Made by a program: the position numbers and the translations under genes | Notes under the pieces: model-generated | What the model was told of the DNA's origin: nothing | The model's database searches: none | What the model saw: only the letters and a program-made list of their open reading frames with translations | Shown here: positions 13,519 to 25,620 of the stretch, one piece after another | How the letters are laid out: the number at the start of each line of letters is the position of its first letter | How positions within the stretch are numbered: the stretch's first letter is position 1 | Origin: Podarcis vaucheri | Taxonomy: Eukaryota | Direction: 5' to 3' (one strand) | NCBI GenBank assembly: GCA_965113315.1 | Contig: OZ220367.1 | DNA: 64,000 bases

Positions 13519-13609
13519 AATAAAAAAATTCCTTCCAGTAGCACCTTAAAGACCAACTAAGTTAGTTCTTGGTATGAGCTTTCGTGTGCATGCACACTTC
13601 TTCAGATAC
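13519..13609 (-). mobile_element. Very short Penelope-like element insertion carrying a hammerhead ribozyme
   Basis: Near-identical to 33530-33619 of the Penelope copy; flanked by 13-bp direct repeat accatggagacta (13506-13518 and 13608-13620). Confidence 0.85.
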
Positions 13610-13610
13610 C
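13571..13610 (-). ncRNA. Minimal type I hammerhead ribozyme
   Basis: Minus strand GGUAU-CUGAAGA-A-GUGUGCAUGCACAC-GAAA-GC-UC^AUACC: stem I GGUAU/AUACC, CUGANGA and GAAA cores, palindromic stem II, vestigial stem III. Confidence 0.82.
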
Positions 13611-14143
13611 ATGGAGACTATTCCACTGTATCTATTCTTCAGAGGGAGAGTACCATCACTTATGTAGCCAGCATCATACCACCTGTGCACCAGAGGGGGA
13701 GGTATCAGCATACCTAGGGAAACCATGAGATTTGCAGAAGTGCAAAAGAAAAAAAATATACAACCCACCTCTAAGGTGTAATGAGGACATATATATATGG
13801 CAGTGAGCTGCTGGCTGACTGTTGCAGATGGACAAATCTTTCAGTGCTGGTGTATCTCACTTACAATTTTTTCCCCATTTTGAGTTCGGTTAACTAGATT
13901 TCAACATTGGTTGGTGATTGTTATTTTTGTATAAAAATTTGTCAGCATTTCTCCAAATATGTACATTTTGGGATGCGTTTTTGCAGAATACGTGAATTTT
14001 TGCAAGTGGTTTTCCCCATAATGCATTTAGCGGACTGCCATGGGTGTCCATTGTGTATTGCTTTTTAAACTTGTCTGTTATTTCTTGTGCTATTTTGAAA
14101 CTGTTTCATTATATTTTGTATATCACCCTGAGTTCTTAACTTT

Positions 14144-14716
14144 AATAGGCGTATAGCATCTAGATCAAGGGAAGTAATAGTGCCACTGTATTCTGCTCTG
14201 GTCAGACCTCACCTGGAGTACTGTGTCCAGTTCTGGGCACCACAGTTCAAGAAGGACACTGACAAACTGGAACGTGTCCAGAGGAGGGCAACCAAAATGG
14301 TCAAAGGCCTGGAAACGATGCCTTATGAGGAACGGCTAAGGGAGCTGGGCATGTTTAGCCTGGAGAAGAGGAGGTTAAGGGATGATATGATAGCCATGTT
14401 CAAATATATAAAAGGATGTCATATAGAGGAGGGAGAAAGGTTGTTTTCTGCTGCTCCAGAGAAGCGGACACGGAGCAATGGATCCAAACTACAAGAAAGA
14501 AGATTCCACCTAAACATTAGGAAGAACTTCCTGACAGTAAGAGCTGTTCGACAGTGGAATTTGCTGCCAAGGAGTGTGTTGGAGTCTCCTTCTTTGGAGG
14601 TCTTTAAGCAGAGGCTTGACAACCATATGTCAGGAATGCTCTGATGGTGTTTCCTGCTTGGCAGGGGGTTGGACTCGATGGCCCTTGTGGTCTCTTCCAA
14701 CTCTATGATTCTATGA
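14144..14716 (+). mobile_element. Young CR1 LINE, 5'-truncated (ORF2 C-terminus and 3'UTR)
   Basis: Uninterrupted [19 protein letters not shown]...[15 protein letters not shown]1 ORF2 end; tail ttctatga repeats. Confidence 0.95.
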
Positions 14717-15827
14717 GTCTTATGTGGAAGACAATAACAATATTTTTTGTACACTTTTCACTAATATAGGTGTTTTTATGCAGACTTCTCCATAATATTC
14801 ACATCATTGTACATAATTTCTTGCAGTACAAAATTTGAAAAAGTGTGAATTAGAGGATAGGTGCATTATTTCTATATTGTTTCAGGAATGTGAATTGTGC
14901 AGATTTGCATTAAGGTGCCAAACAAACAAAATTTCTTCTCTATCCCTACTAATTTATTAGTATTTCAATCCCATCTTTACTTGATCCAAAGTGAACAAGC
15001 ACAAAACATTCATTGGTGTCCAAAGCTACCATCTCCTCCTTTTCTCCTCTGAAAGGCCCCAAGCAACTTCCCTGGGCAGGAGGAGGTGGAGTTGATAGCA
15101 ACCCCCCCCCCCCAAGACCTGCTGGTGAAGGGTGAGTAATAAAGATAAAAATTAAAAATATAATAAAGATGATGGTGGTGATGATACTACACAGTTACTT
15201 GTTTACTAAAAAAAAACTCTGAAAATATTTAGTTTTGATAATATTGCCCATCATTTTGATAGTTTTGATAATATTGCCCATCATTCCAGGAAGGCATCCA
15301 TTTAAAATAGCCATGTGCTATATCGAAATCCTGGCTAAAACACAGCTTTAGGAATCCTGTAGGCACTAAAGCTAGCATAGATGACTAGCTTTTATTTGAT
15401 CCCTTGCTTCTAAAAGTTTCTTTTGTTTGATCCCTTGCTTCTAAAATATCTTCACATTATAGGTACAGAACCTGTGAAGTAAAAGACTTGAAAGTCCGAA
15501 AGATGATGAAAAGATTAGCAGCCAGAACAAATGCATGTTTACTCAAATGTAAGTCCCTGCAGAGTTCAGTGGGCCTTACTTCCTGGCAAGCATGCCTAGG
15601 ATTGCAGCCTTAAACCATGAAATGATAAAAAGAATTAGATGAGGAATGACATGAATGGTTTTTAGAACAATTCATGCCATGAGCTTTACTGAGACTACCG
15701 AAACTATTCAAAGTACAATCTTATTTTAAAATTGAAAAAAGAAATCCAAACGTATTAAGAGAATGTTATTTAACTGTATTAGAAGTCTATTGAAATTAAT
15801 GTCAAGAAACTATTAGCATGTCAGGGT

Positions 15828-16035
15828 AGGGGCTATAACTCAGTGGTAGAGCACAGACTTGGCATATAGAAAGCCCCAGATTTAATCCCTACCATATCCA
15901 GTGTTTTCAAAAGGTAGATGATGATATGCTTGAGATCCAGGCAGCCACTGCTGGTCAGAGTACCTGTACTGTACTGTATACCAGGTCGATAGACAAATGA
16001 TACAGACAAATTGGCTAAGGTTGCTTCCTATGTGT
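15828..16035 (+). mobile_element. Degenerate tRNA-derived SINE
   Basis: ggggctataactcagtggtagagc A-box head; related copies at 43755-43870 and 43975-44295. Confidence 0.6.
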
Positions 16036-17214
16036 CTCTAAGCAAAGATCACACTTTTAAGGCATTTGCATAAGGACGCTTTCTTGCATCATTTGTGCAA
16101 AAGTCAGCAGTGGCATTTGCTCATCCCATTAGACGCCAATACATAATTTGCTACGGCATATTAAAAAAGGAAATTAACTGTCAAAGTCTTGCTGAAAGAT
16201 CATGCTTTTGGTTAGTAAATGATCCATGCCAAATGTCTTTCTGGCCTTCAGGAAAGCATCAGCAGGTGAGAGCCAGGATTCCACTCTCAATCTTTGTAGA
16301 TGATTAAAGTGGGGGGAAGCAGGACAGTTCTGGATGTTTCTGTTGTTTTGCAGTGATTGCCTACTGGGGGGATTTGAATGCAAAGGTTTGCTGAAGGTTA
16401 CCACAACAATCAAGTGAAGAGGCATTTTGGAAAGCAATTGCCATACAGAATTCAGGCCTCTATAGTCCAAGCACGCACTATTAGTCAGCTTTATTTGAAT
16501 GGGATCCTTGTAAGACAAGTGTGGCATAGTGGAAAGCATATCAGACAAGGCTGTGGAGAGCTGGGTTCAGGAATTGATGATGGATTACTTTTATTACTAT
16601 GAATCTTCTCCGTAAGGGTCATTAATGTTGTTACATGGTATCCTTCTGGCTTGCTAGAATAAATCTAACACTATATGAGGGGGGAAAGAGTAAATTAGAT
16701 AAGTTTTTTTTTTCTGAGCTATACAATTCTGTTCATATTTATATTTATCTACTGCATATCAGATTGTGTGTATCTATCCAGCCCCACATATCAACTCAAT
16801 TTTGGCTTGATCAGTAAAGTTTCACTTCTGTCTCCTTGTTACACTAGAAAAGAGACACACTTAGGCTGTTGTCATGGTCCCTGTTTCTAACAGTGTAGGG
16901 TTAAGAAACTGAAGCCGTGGTCTCTGGGTGTAATCCTGTATCCTTTCTCAGAATGACAGATAATAAACTAGCCCTTAAGGTATGCTGGCAAGCTCCCAGA
17001 TCTCCTTCCATATCATTGTTCTTCATTTCCAATCCTACAGTGTTGTTTGGTATACTCTCTCAGAGTTCTCCTAAATGATGGACGCGTTGTGTTCCACACA
17101 CAGTCATACACAGCAGGGGCTGAGACAGGGAAACGTATCCTGTCTTCAAGATACCACACAGGCTAGAATTGCATTGGACGCCTTTCCTAGCATCTCATTT
17201 GCACTTACAACTTA

Positions 17215-17306
17215 CAAGAACAAAACCATTTGGTAAAAGGTTCCATATGCTGATTCCTCTGTTGGATCAAGCATATGGAACCTTTTACCAAATGGTTTTG
17301 TTCTTG
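17215..17306. repeat. Perfect 37-bp inverted repeat with 18-nt spacer
   Basis: 17215-17251 is the exact reverse complement of 17270-17306. Confidence 0.97.
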
Positions 17307-18879
17307 CAAAGCTTAACTTGCTTATCCCTTTTGCCAGTAACCTTTCAGAAATCTCAGCAGAGAAAGTGAAACATTTTGAACTCTGCAGGTGAAGGTGATC
17401 AGAGCAAAAGGAAGTTACAGGTTGGGAGGTAAAATCTGCATGTGGTAGTACAGTTGATCTCTTCAAGCTAAACAGGCAGGCTGGGAGCATTTCCATACAG
17501 TCTGAGATGGTTATTAGAATTAATGCAATACCAGCACTACAAAACAGGTTGCAGAGGTGGGACAAAACTGGTTTTCTTCTCCTGAAAAGAGCGCAGTAAA
17601 AAAATTGCACAAGAAAAGCAGCTGTGCTCAGTTATTACGTGATGCACACAAATGTCTAAGCGAAGCTCATTCAAATTGCCAGACTATGTGGAATGACATG
17701 AAAATATGTCCCATTGAATTCAGTAGGGCGCATAGTCAGAATCAGGCTCTTGCCATGGCCAGAAATGAGTCGTAAGTGCTGAATAACTCTTAACAGGATT
17801 TTCTGCCTTTCACAGAGAGTAAATATGACTTCTTTCAGTGGCAAGCAGTCATATAAGCCTGTATTTAATTATACATTGGCTCCATAAAACATAAGTATTT
17901 ATTCAACAGGAAAGCCGTAGAAAGCTGACTGTGTCTAGTTATCTTACAGCCAAAACACAACAGAAATCTGTGAGACAATGAAGCAATCCTTCATCATGTA
18001 TAAAAGGACTTTTAAAAGCAAGCTCGTTCTACCATGTCGGAATGACATCAGGCTTTCAGATAATGAATAATAGTAATGATGAACATCAAGCTGCTTGTTT
18101 AAAAATAAAATTGAACTACAATTGGATATTGTCATGTTGACACAAATCATGTCTCTGATGCCCATCTGTAAAAAGTATGACACCGTGAACTTTTTGCAAC
18201 AGGGCTGAATAATTACCCTGTGTTTCTCCAAAAGAAAGGAGCATTTGTTGATGATGCATGCTTTTGTTGCCTCCCATGAAATATTGTGATGAATCACTGA
18301 ATGGTGTGTAATGTAAGTATATGTCAACATACTCAGTATGCGTCTAGTCTTACCACCTACCTCCTCCATTGTTTGAATGCTGTGAGCATAAGAAAGCAAT
18401 TGTCCATTTCTTGCAGTGTTCACCATTGTCCAATCTTCAGGGAAACAGCTAGTGGGTCACCTCAGAAGTAATAAAAAAAAATGAACAGTGGGAGGGGGAG
18501 TAGTTAGTGACTACACAGTCTCTTCTGATGAAAAAAAGGGGGAGGAAACGTTATGGGGGAAACTGAAAATCCTTTCTAATTCCTGCTGTACGCCCCGTAA
18601 CTAGAACAGCTATACAATACTGACGTTTCAAACCATTCAAAATGAAAGCAGCCCAAGCAAAATGATGATTGTTGTAAGTGATCATACAAAGGGAAGCTGA
18701 AGTTTTGAGACTAAAGATAGAAAGAAAAAAACCTCAACATTTTCAGTGATATTTATGCTTTTCATCACACTTGAGCTAGTGGAGGCCTTGTAAAGCAAAC
18801 AACAGCTTCAGAAAGGCTTGTCAGAACTATAGCACAGGGAGAGCTAAATTCTCCCTCCCTACCTGCCATGGTCCCAATA

Positions 18880-19123
18880 CATGGTCCCTTGGGTTACATA
18901 CCCTTCAGGTTACATACACTTCAGGTTACAGACTCCGCTAACCCAGAAATATTACCTCTGGTTAAGAACTTTGCTTCAGGATGAGAACAGAAATCGTGCA
19001 GCAGCAGCAGCGCAGTGGCAGCAGGAGGCCCCATTAGCTAAAATGCTGCTTCAGGTTAAGAACAGTTTCAGGTTAAGGACGGACCTCCAGAACGAATTAA
19101 CTTCTTAACCCGAGGTACCACTG
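18880..19123 (-). mobile_element. MITE family A, copy 3
   Basis: Reverse orientation; right end CGAGGTACCACTG-TA intact, left TIR degenerate. Confidence 0.85.
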
Positions 19124-20447
19124 TACTTCTCTCTGGCTGATATTTGCATAACAAAAAAAAATGTTATACTGATTGCAAATATGTTGATTGTATTGTGGCC
19201 CTCTGGATAATTGTATTGTAGAGTAGAGAGGGACTCCAAGGGTCAGTGTTGAACTCCAGCTCCCATCAGCACCAACATTGGCCTATATTGTCTGGGAACT
19301 ATAGTCTAACAATGTCTGGAGCAGCATTAGTTCCCCACCCTGTCCCAAGGAAAATACCCAGAAGTCTTTCTTTGCAACCCTATCTTCATTTCCTCTGCCT
19401 CCAGCTTAAGGAGGGAAGTCTTGGCAAACGAAAGAACAAAAAAAAACCAGAAGACTACTGTGGTCCCATCAGCACCCTGATAGCCTGCCTCTACTACTGC
19501 CCCTCCTCCCAAACAGAATTTTTGTTTATGTGGTGCGTCCTGCAGCAGTTCAGGAGCCTAGAGGCTTTAGAGTCCAGAATCCCTATTTGGGGGAAACAAG
19601 TAAAAATCAACATATGTGGCAGTTTTTCCATAAGTCTTTGACCTTAAGAAGGTGGTTCAGTAAGCTGTGTGCCCTGTAAAAAGAACCAAAAGGAAGTACA
19701 TATAGTGTATGTTTAGACTCCAGAATTAGTTTTTATGTGATGGCCAGCAACTTGAACAGCTTTAAAAGAATGGAGAATAAGGTTGCTAATGCCTACCAGT
19801 AGTGATGGTTGTATTACTTCCAGGATCCAAGGCGGTATGTTTCTGAATACCAGTTGCTGGGGAATGCAAGCAGGAAGAGCGCTCTTCCGCTCCCATAGGA
19901 ATCTGGTTGTCTGTTATGGGACCAGGATACTGGACCGGATAGGTTTTTGTTATGATCCAGTAGGGTCCTTATTCTGTTCTTATGAGTCACATCTATAGCT
20001 AGCCTTATCCCTGGGGGTTTTCACTGAACATTCATTGTGTCATATTCCAGCTCCTAGCCAATGCAATTACTGACTTCAGGAAAGTGGGGAAAGGAAGTGG
20101 TTGAAAAATGACAGCCGCCTTCACAACCTAACATCAGAGAAGCTGCAAGTGAAAGATGCTGTAAAGTGAAAGATTGACGTTGGAGAAGGAAGGAGATTTC
20201 ACTCAGCCAGATGTGCGTTCCAGGACCTCAAATGCCCAGTGTCTCATTTATGAGCTCTTCAATAACGTCCCACCTTCCATTCAGTGACTCTGTGCTGTTT
20301 GATATGGGCTGATATGAAATTGCAAGAACGTGGCTTCCAATGGGGAAACGGGCCAATGAAATAAGGAAGCCCCCAGCACCTTTCCTTTGAAGACAGAACT
20401 GTAGAAAATCATTAAAATGACAACCAACATTTTATTTTATTTTTTAG

Positions 20448-20598
20448 GGGGCGACTGAGAAAACAAACTTAAAGTCGGAAAGAATGGCTATCAGGGACGG
20501 CGGCAGTGGGAATGGAATGAATGAAGAGGTGGGATCCAGTGGAGAATGTGATGATGAGGACGGATGTCAAGGATCTGGTGAGAGAAGCCTCACGAAAG
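20448..20598 (+). CDS. Internal coding exon of a glypican-5-like gene (GAG-attachment exon, equivalent to GPC5 exon 7)
   Basis: Acceptor ttttattttattttttAG (20446-47) and donor AAG|GTAGGT (20599). 151 nt, open frame GATEKTNLKSERMAIRDGGSGNGMNEEVGSSGECDDEDGCQGSGERSLTK. The SG-x-CDDEDGC-x-GSG motif matches GPC5 (SGDCDDEDGCGGSG) as I recall it, and phase 0/1 matches the penultimate GPC3/5 exon. Orthology (GPC5 or a paralogue) cannot be resolved here. Confidence 0.85.
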
Positions 20599-23400
20599 GT
20601 AGGTCCAATAGTTCTGCATAGATTCACTAAGCTGTGTTTGACTTTTATCTCATCCAGGTACTACACTAACCCTTGGATAGGTAACCTTTAGCCTTCCAGA
20701 TGTTGCTAAGACTCTAACATGACCAATGGGTGGGTGGTGTAGTGCAGCAACATCTGGAGAGCCACAGGCTCCCCATTTCTGCGGAAAACAATGATTTGAT
20801 TCTATGGGAACGAACCTAGTCTCCTCCTGCCACCACTACTGTCCCATCTTCTTATGTGGCCTTCAAAAACATTTTTCTTCCCATTTTAGAAGCTTCTTGT
20901 GTTGTGTGGGCCAGCTATTGTTGCCTAACATTAGCTGTGAGATTCAAAACAAGCCAGCTTCAAACCACGGGCTGTGAATCGGGCGTGCTGGAACTACTTT
21001 CGGCATGGCAGGAAGGCATGACGCTTCCAAACTGCTTCTTTCAGCCGCACGAATGGTAAGCACGCATGCCCAGGAGGAAGCTAGGCTCCTTCACAGAGCA
21101 CTAAGCCATGGTTCAGCGTGAAGTCTAACCACAACCACTGTGACTTAAGCCTTTCTTGGATAGTACCGTGGCTCCACAAATTTTAAAATAACAACTGCTA
21201 GTTCTTTTGACTTGAACATAGTTGAAATAAGCAAGCATAGCACTTGAACCAAAGTTTTGCCATTTGATTATGGTATTTTACTAAAGGTGTATTGCCCGTC
21301 TGCTCATCCACAGTTCATTGTCTTCTCTGGTGTTTCTGTAAAGGAATGGTGACTTGTTTGCGGGGCAGGGCATGCGTTATGGATAATGTTGATGGAGTAA
21401 ACGTCTAAGCCTAAGGCAGTGTGCTGCTTTATAGGATAGGAGCTATGTTTCATCCGTGATTATAGGTTCTTCGCCTTAGGCCATACTGCAGTGGTGACTT
21501 CTAATTTAAAGCCATTATTTCTACGTTAATGTGCATTCTAGAAAACCCTGTGCAATGTTTTCCTTCCTGTGTTTTCCAGCCTGGATTTTAGACTTGTTAA
21601 GTGCTTTAAGTAACATGTTTTCTCTTCAAAGTGGTGCAAATTAAACATCAGCCAGGTGCTACTAAGTATTTTTTAATTGACTATTAGACTATTTAAATGC
21701 TATAGCTGTGCCAGAATCTACCAAGGCTCTATTGTCTCTCAGACACTCAGTAATGTAAAATGAAAAGCATTGAAATCTTGTCCAATAGTTGGCTCATCTA
21801 CACAATATGTGAAATCTGCATTCCTCCCTCCCCCTGATATTGCCACAGATGGAAGTGAGAAAGAGAAAAAATGTTTTTTCATAACTAGTGATGAAATTAT
21901 TTGGTAGAAACCATATATTCCAAAAATATAGTTCATATAAAGTGTTGCACATGCTTTATATTTATAGCATTAACAGCAGCAATTCCACCTTGAAAAAATT
22001 ATAATGGTATTTTGTAATTAACTCTAAAGTAGTGTTATGTGTTTAGGCCGCTAGCTGTAAATCTGTTTTGCATATTCCGATGCAATTAAGAGAGAGAGTG
22101 GGAGTCATCTAATTAAAGGGCTCCTTTGCTTTTACAGTAGTATGATTTTTCAGAATCCTAGTAATTTCAATCCATTGTCAGTTTTGTATAATGCCGTAAA
22201 CCTTGGTCTATTTAAATTGGTACCATAGTGTGGATGTGTGTATTTCACAGCTTGAGACATACCCAGAATAATTGTTCCATTTATATTGTTAGCACCAGTT
22301 TGAGCTTTCTGTCTGCCCTCTCTTAGCAGCCACCCTAATCTAATACAGAATTTGGTGTGACAGTGCTAGCACATAGAATGTTTGTTCGCGATTGGCCACC
22401 CCAAAATTGCCATGGCCATCTGAATAGGGTTAACTGGAAAGGAAGGTCAATTGTTTACAAAGATGTGGGGGATGGAATCAAATTGCTTGGATTCGTTTTG
22501 GAGGGGGCATTTATTTTAGTTGCAGGGAATGAAAAGCTTTTGCAGTCATGCGCCTTTGAGGGTGATAGAGGGCTTCCTCTCCTCTCTCTGCTGGTTCCAG
22601 CTTCTCCTGGTTCTTTAAGCAAATGTCATGGCTCCAGATACTGGAAGCGGAGGAAAGCACCTGCACCACAGTGCAAAAGCTCCAATCACTGTGACTTTAA
22701 GAGTTGAAGGGAATGTGATGGGGGAGGGGAGAAGTTACCTGCTCCCCTCATAAGCAGCAGCATTACAAAGATAAAAAGAGGAGGACTTGTCACCATTGCT
22801 GCCCCTAAGGTAAGCAGTCTCACCTGATTTGGCAAGATGGTGTGCCCTCCACTTCCAAAATTCCCCTCATTTGGGGGGTGGGAAGGGGACAGGGTAAACA
22901 GTGCCCAGAAGTTGAGGGGAAGAGGAAATGGAGAATGATTCATTACGTGCGTGTGCTATGTTCAGTTAGCAGAAAGTGATAATTCCTCGAGTATCTTACA
23001 ATTAAGCTTCTCCAAGCAATTCAGTGTGATAGGAGACACTTCCCCTTAAATAATAGCCAGTATTTAAAGAAGCGTGTGCTAAAGCATCAAGAGGATGAGT
23101 TCCTTTCATTGTTTGGATCCTGTGTAGCTTTCTCTACAGTGGATAAAATGTTTAGTAGTCAATGAGCAAATGTTCCAAGCATATTATGGAAAGAAATGAG
23201 TACTGCATTGCGTTCAACGGAACACATTGAATGACAATAGATGTACCTCCTTTTGGGTAGCTGGAATTTATTTTTTACCATCTCTTTTATGCTTCTGCTA
23301 CTTAGCTGCCCTCTTTTTTGGGTAGAGGGAATTGGCCACCTGGTTCCACCACGTTGGTCTACATGGTGACACCACCATGGATTGACAAGTTTTCAGAGTA

Positions 23401-23626
23401 CAGTGGTACCTCGGGTTACATACGTTTCAGGTTACACACTAGGCTAACCCAGAAATAGTGCTTCAGGTTAAGAACTTTGCTTCAGGATAAGAACTGAAAT
23501 TGGGCTCCGGCGGCGCGGCAGCAGCAGGAGGCCCCATTAACTAAAGTGGTGCTTCAGGTTAAGAACAGTTTCAGGTTAAGAACGGACCTCCGGAATGAAT
23601 TAAGTACTTAACCCGAGGTACCACTG
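23401..23626 (-). mobile_element. MITE family A, copy 4
   Basis: TA-CAGTGGTACCTCGGGTTA...TAACCCGAGGTACCACTG-TA. Confidence 0.92.
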
Positions 23627-24734
23627 TAAAGAAAAAGGATGAATACAGGGCGTTGCCAGTGGCGTAGCGGGGAGCAGCCTGCGGTGGAGAGAGGAGAGTC
23701 ATGGCAACGCTGCTGCCTGCCCTTCTCAGTTGTGGTGCACCGGCCACAGCAGCGCTGCAAGCCTGTCCCAGGCAGAGCTAGCCTACAGTTTGTGCCTGAT
23801 TTTATGGTGGGATGAGCAAGAGAGAAAGTGAGCTGCCGGAGATGTTTTCAGACCTTAAAGACGCGCAAGCAAAACTGTAAAATAATAAGCAAACCCAGGC
23901 AGATATACTCTGTAATGGAATTAGTTTGGTATGGAAAGCACAACCCATGCAGGTTATCACAGTCCTGGCTGATGTCATCATGGAGTTGGGCTGGACTGGG
24001 CAGTTGCCAGAGCTCAGGTGTCTTGAATAGCCACCATTTATTACTGCATTCTTCATCTTCCTTGATTTTACACACATGCAGGAGAGTCTCTGACCTCCTA
24101 TTCACCGTAGTGACAGAAATCTTTTGTGTGAACCACAACCAGAAACTTCATAAACATTTGAAATGAGAGGAGAGAAGTGCAACCTGGAAGATATAGCCAT
24201 TTTCCTAGAAACCCAGCATCCTAATGTTTTAAGGCTAGCTGCAGTAATGCAGTGGTAATGGAAAGCACTAGGTACATTCTCGAGGGCATTGTTTTCATGT
24301 TCACATCTCCAGGGTCAAAGTGGGACCAGCAATGTTGATTCACTGACAGCCTCTTAATCAGTGGCCCACAAATCCAGTTTTACCATCAAACTGGTTCCAA
24401 AATTAATGGACAGGTCAGCAAATGTTCATGCTTCTGGCATTTTTCTAAAAACCATGAAACTTCAATGTATTATTAACTGCTTTCCTTAAACTCTTCCATT
24501 AAAAGTTGGTTTTTTTTTAAAGAAATAATTCAGTGTTTTGTTTAGTATAATTGCAAATAAGCATTTTTATAGCAAAAGCTATTATTAGCTCTTAAAAAAC
24601 CCATTTAAATATTTAAGCACAATGTATTTAATTACATCTACAGACCCACATGAGCGTATTCAATACGAATCCACCTAGCAGAGCTAAACACATTCTCAAG
24701 TATTCCACAATTTGTCAGGCTTTCTAGGCAGTAA

Positions 24735-25620
24735 ATAGCTATTTAAATGTTTGGTAATAGTCCTGCTGAGCCAAATCTGGGGCCCCATTTCCTGGATATT
24801 TCCGCTCTCTGTGATATGTGCCTCCTTTCGCCACCTGAGGTAAAGCGGCGGAACTGCTGCCGCCGTCACTCCATTCTGCCATCCTGAGTCCCATCACTTT
24901 TCCACCAGCTACTTAAGTGTGTTTTCCTTCATGGAGAGCACGTGTTGCGGTGGGGTCTAACAAGACATCCCACTTTTGCTTGGCGGGTAAAGATAGTTGG
25001 CCACCATTGCGATTGGGCTTCTCTTGTCATTGGGGAGAATTTGATGTTGCCATTTTGTGATTGACAGCCTATTAGCTTTATATTCCCTGCGTGCAGCGTT
25101 GAGCTTCCTCTTTTCGCTGCATGCATCAGATCACCCGCCCACCCTCCCTATATTTAGGGTTGTTCGCATTGACCTTGCTATGCCTGTCATGGGGTCATCT
25201 GCTTTTGGGGCAGGGGCCTGGTAGGAATTTTGACCATTTGGCTGATTGGCTGGAGCCATTTGGTTTTTGCCTACTGTGTAGCAAATCGTCACAACCTGTA
25301 AGGTTGCAGTTAGGCATTGGTTTTATGAATTGGTTGGTGGAGGGGCATGGATTGGCTGTGCCTGCCCCTCCAATGCTGCTGCTGCAAAGGTATTCCATTA
25401 AAGGAACCCGGGGGTTGCCATGCTTTTGTCCGAACCCCTGTCAAGGGGCTAGGGCCACGCAAGAGCCCCCGGGAGCATTTGGGGAGAGGTGAGGGCATGG
25501 TTCCCAGCTCCATCTTTCTCCCCAAAATGTTTTCCCTTTCTGACTATCTTGGACGTGCAAATGTAAGTCTGTCCCCTTGCGGGGTCAGATAGTCACAACC
25601 AATGCCTAAGCAACCACTCA
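24735..25620. repeat. Unclassified, relatively GC/CpG-rich interspersed repeat (possibly a LINE 3' region)
   Basis: Composition shift from the flanks; no credible ORF; boundaries approximate. Confidence 0.3.

Noticed and set aside
15463-15548. Open AG...GTAAGT pseudo-exon
   Set aside because: The donor lies in a common short dispersed repeat and the peptide has no glypican similarity
15828-15900. tRNA gene
   Set aside because: Degenerate B-box, no cloverleaf, and it continues into a SINE body; same for 43755 and 43975
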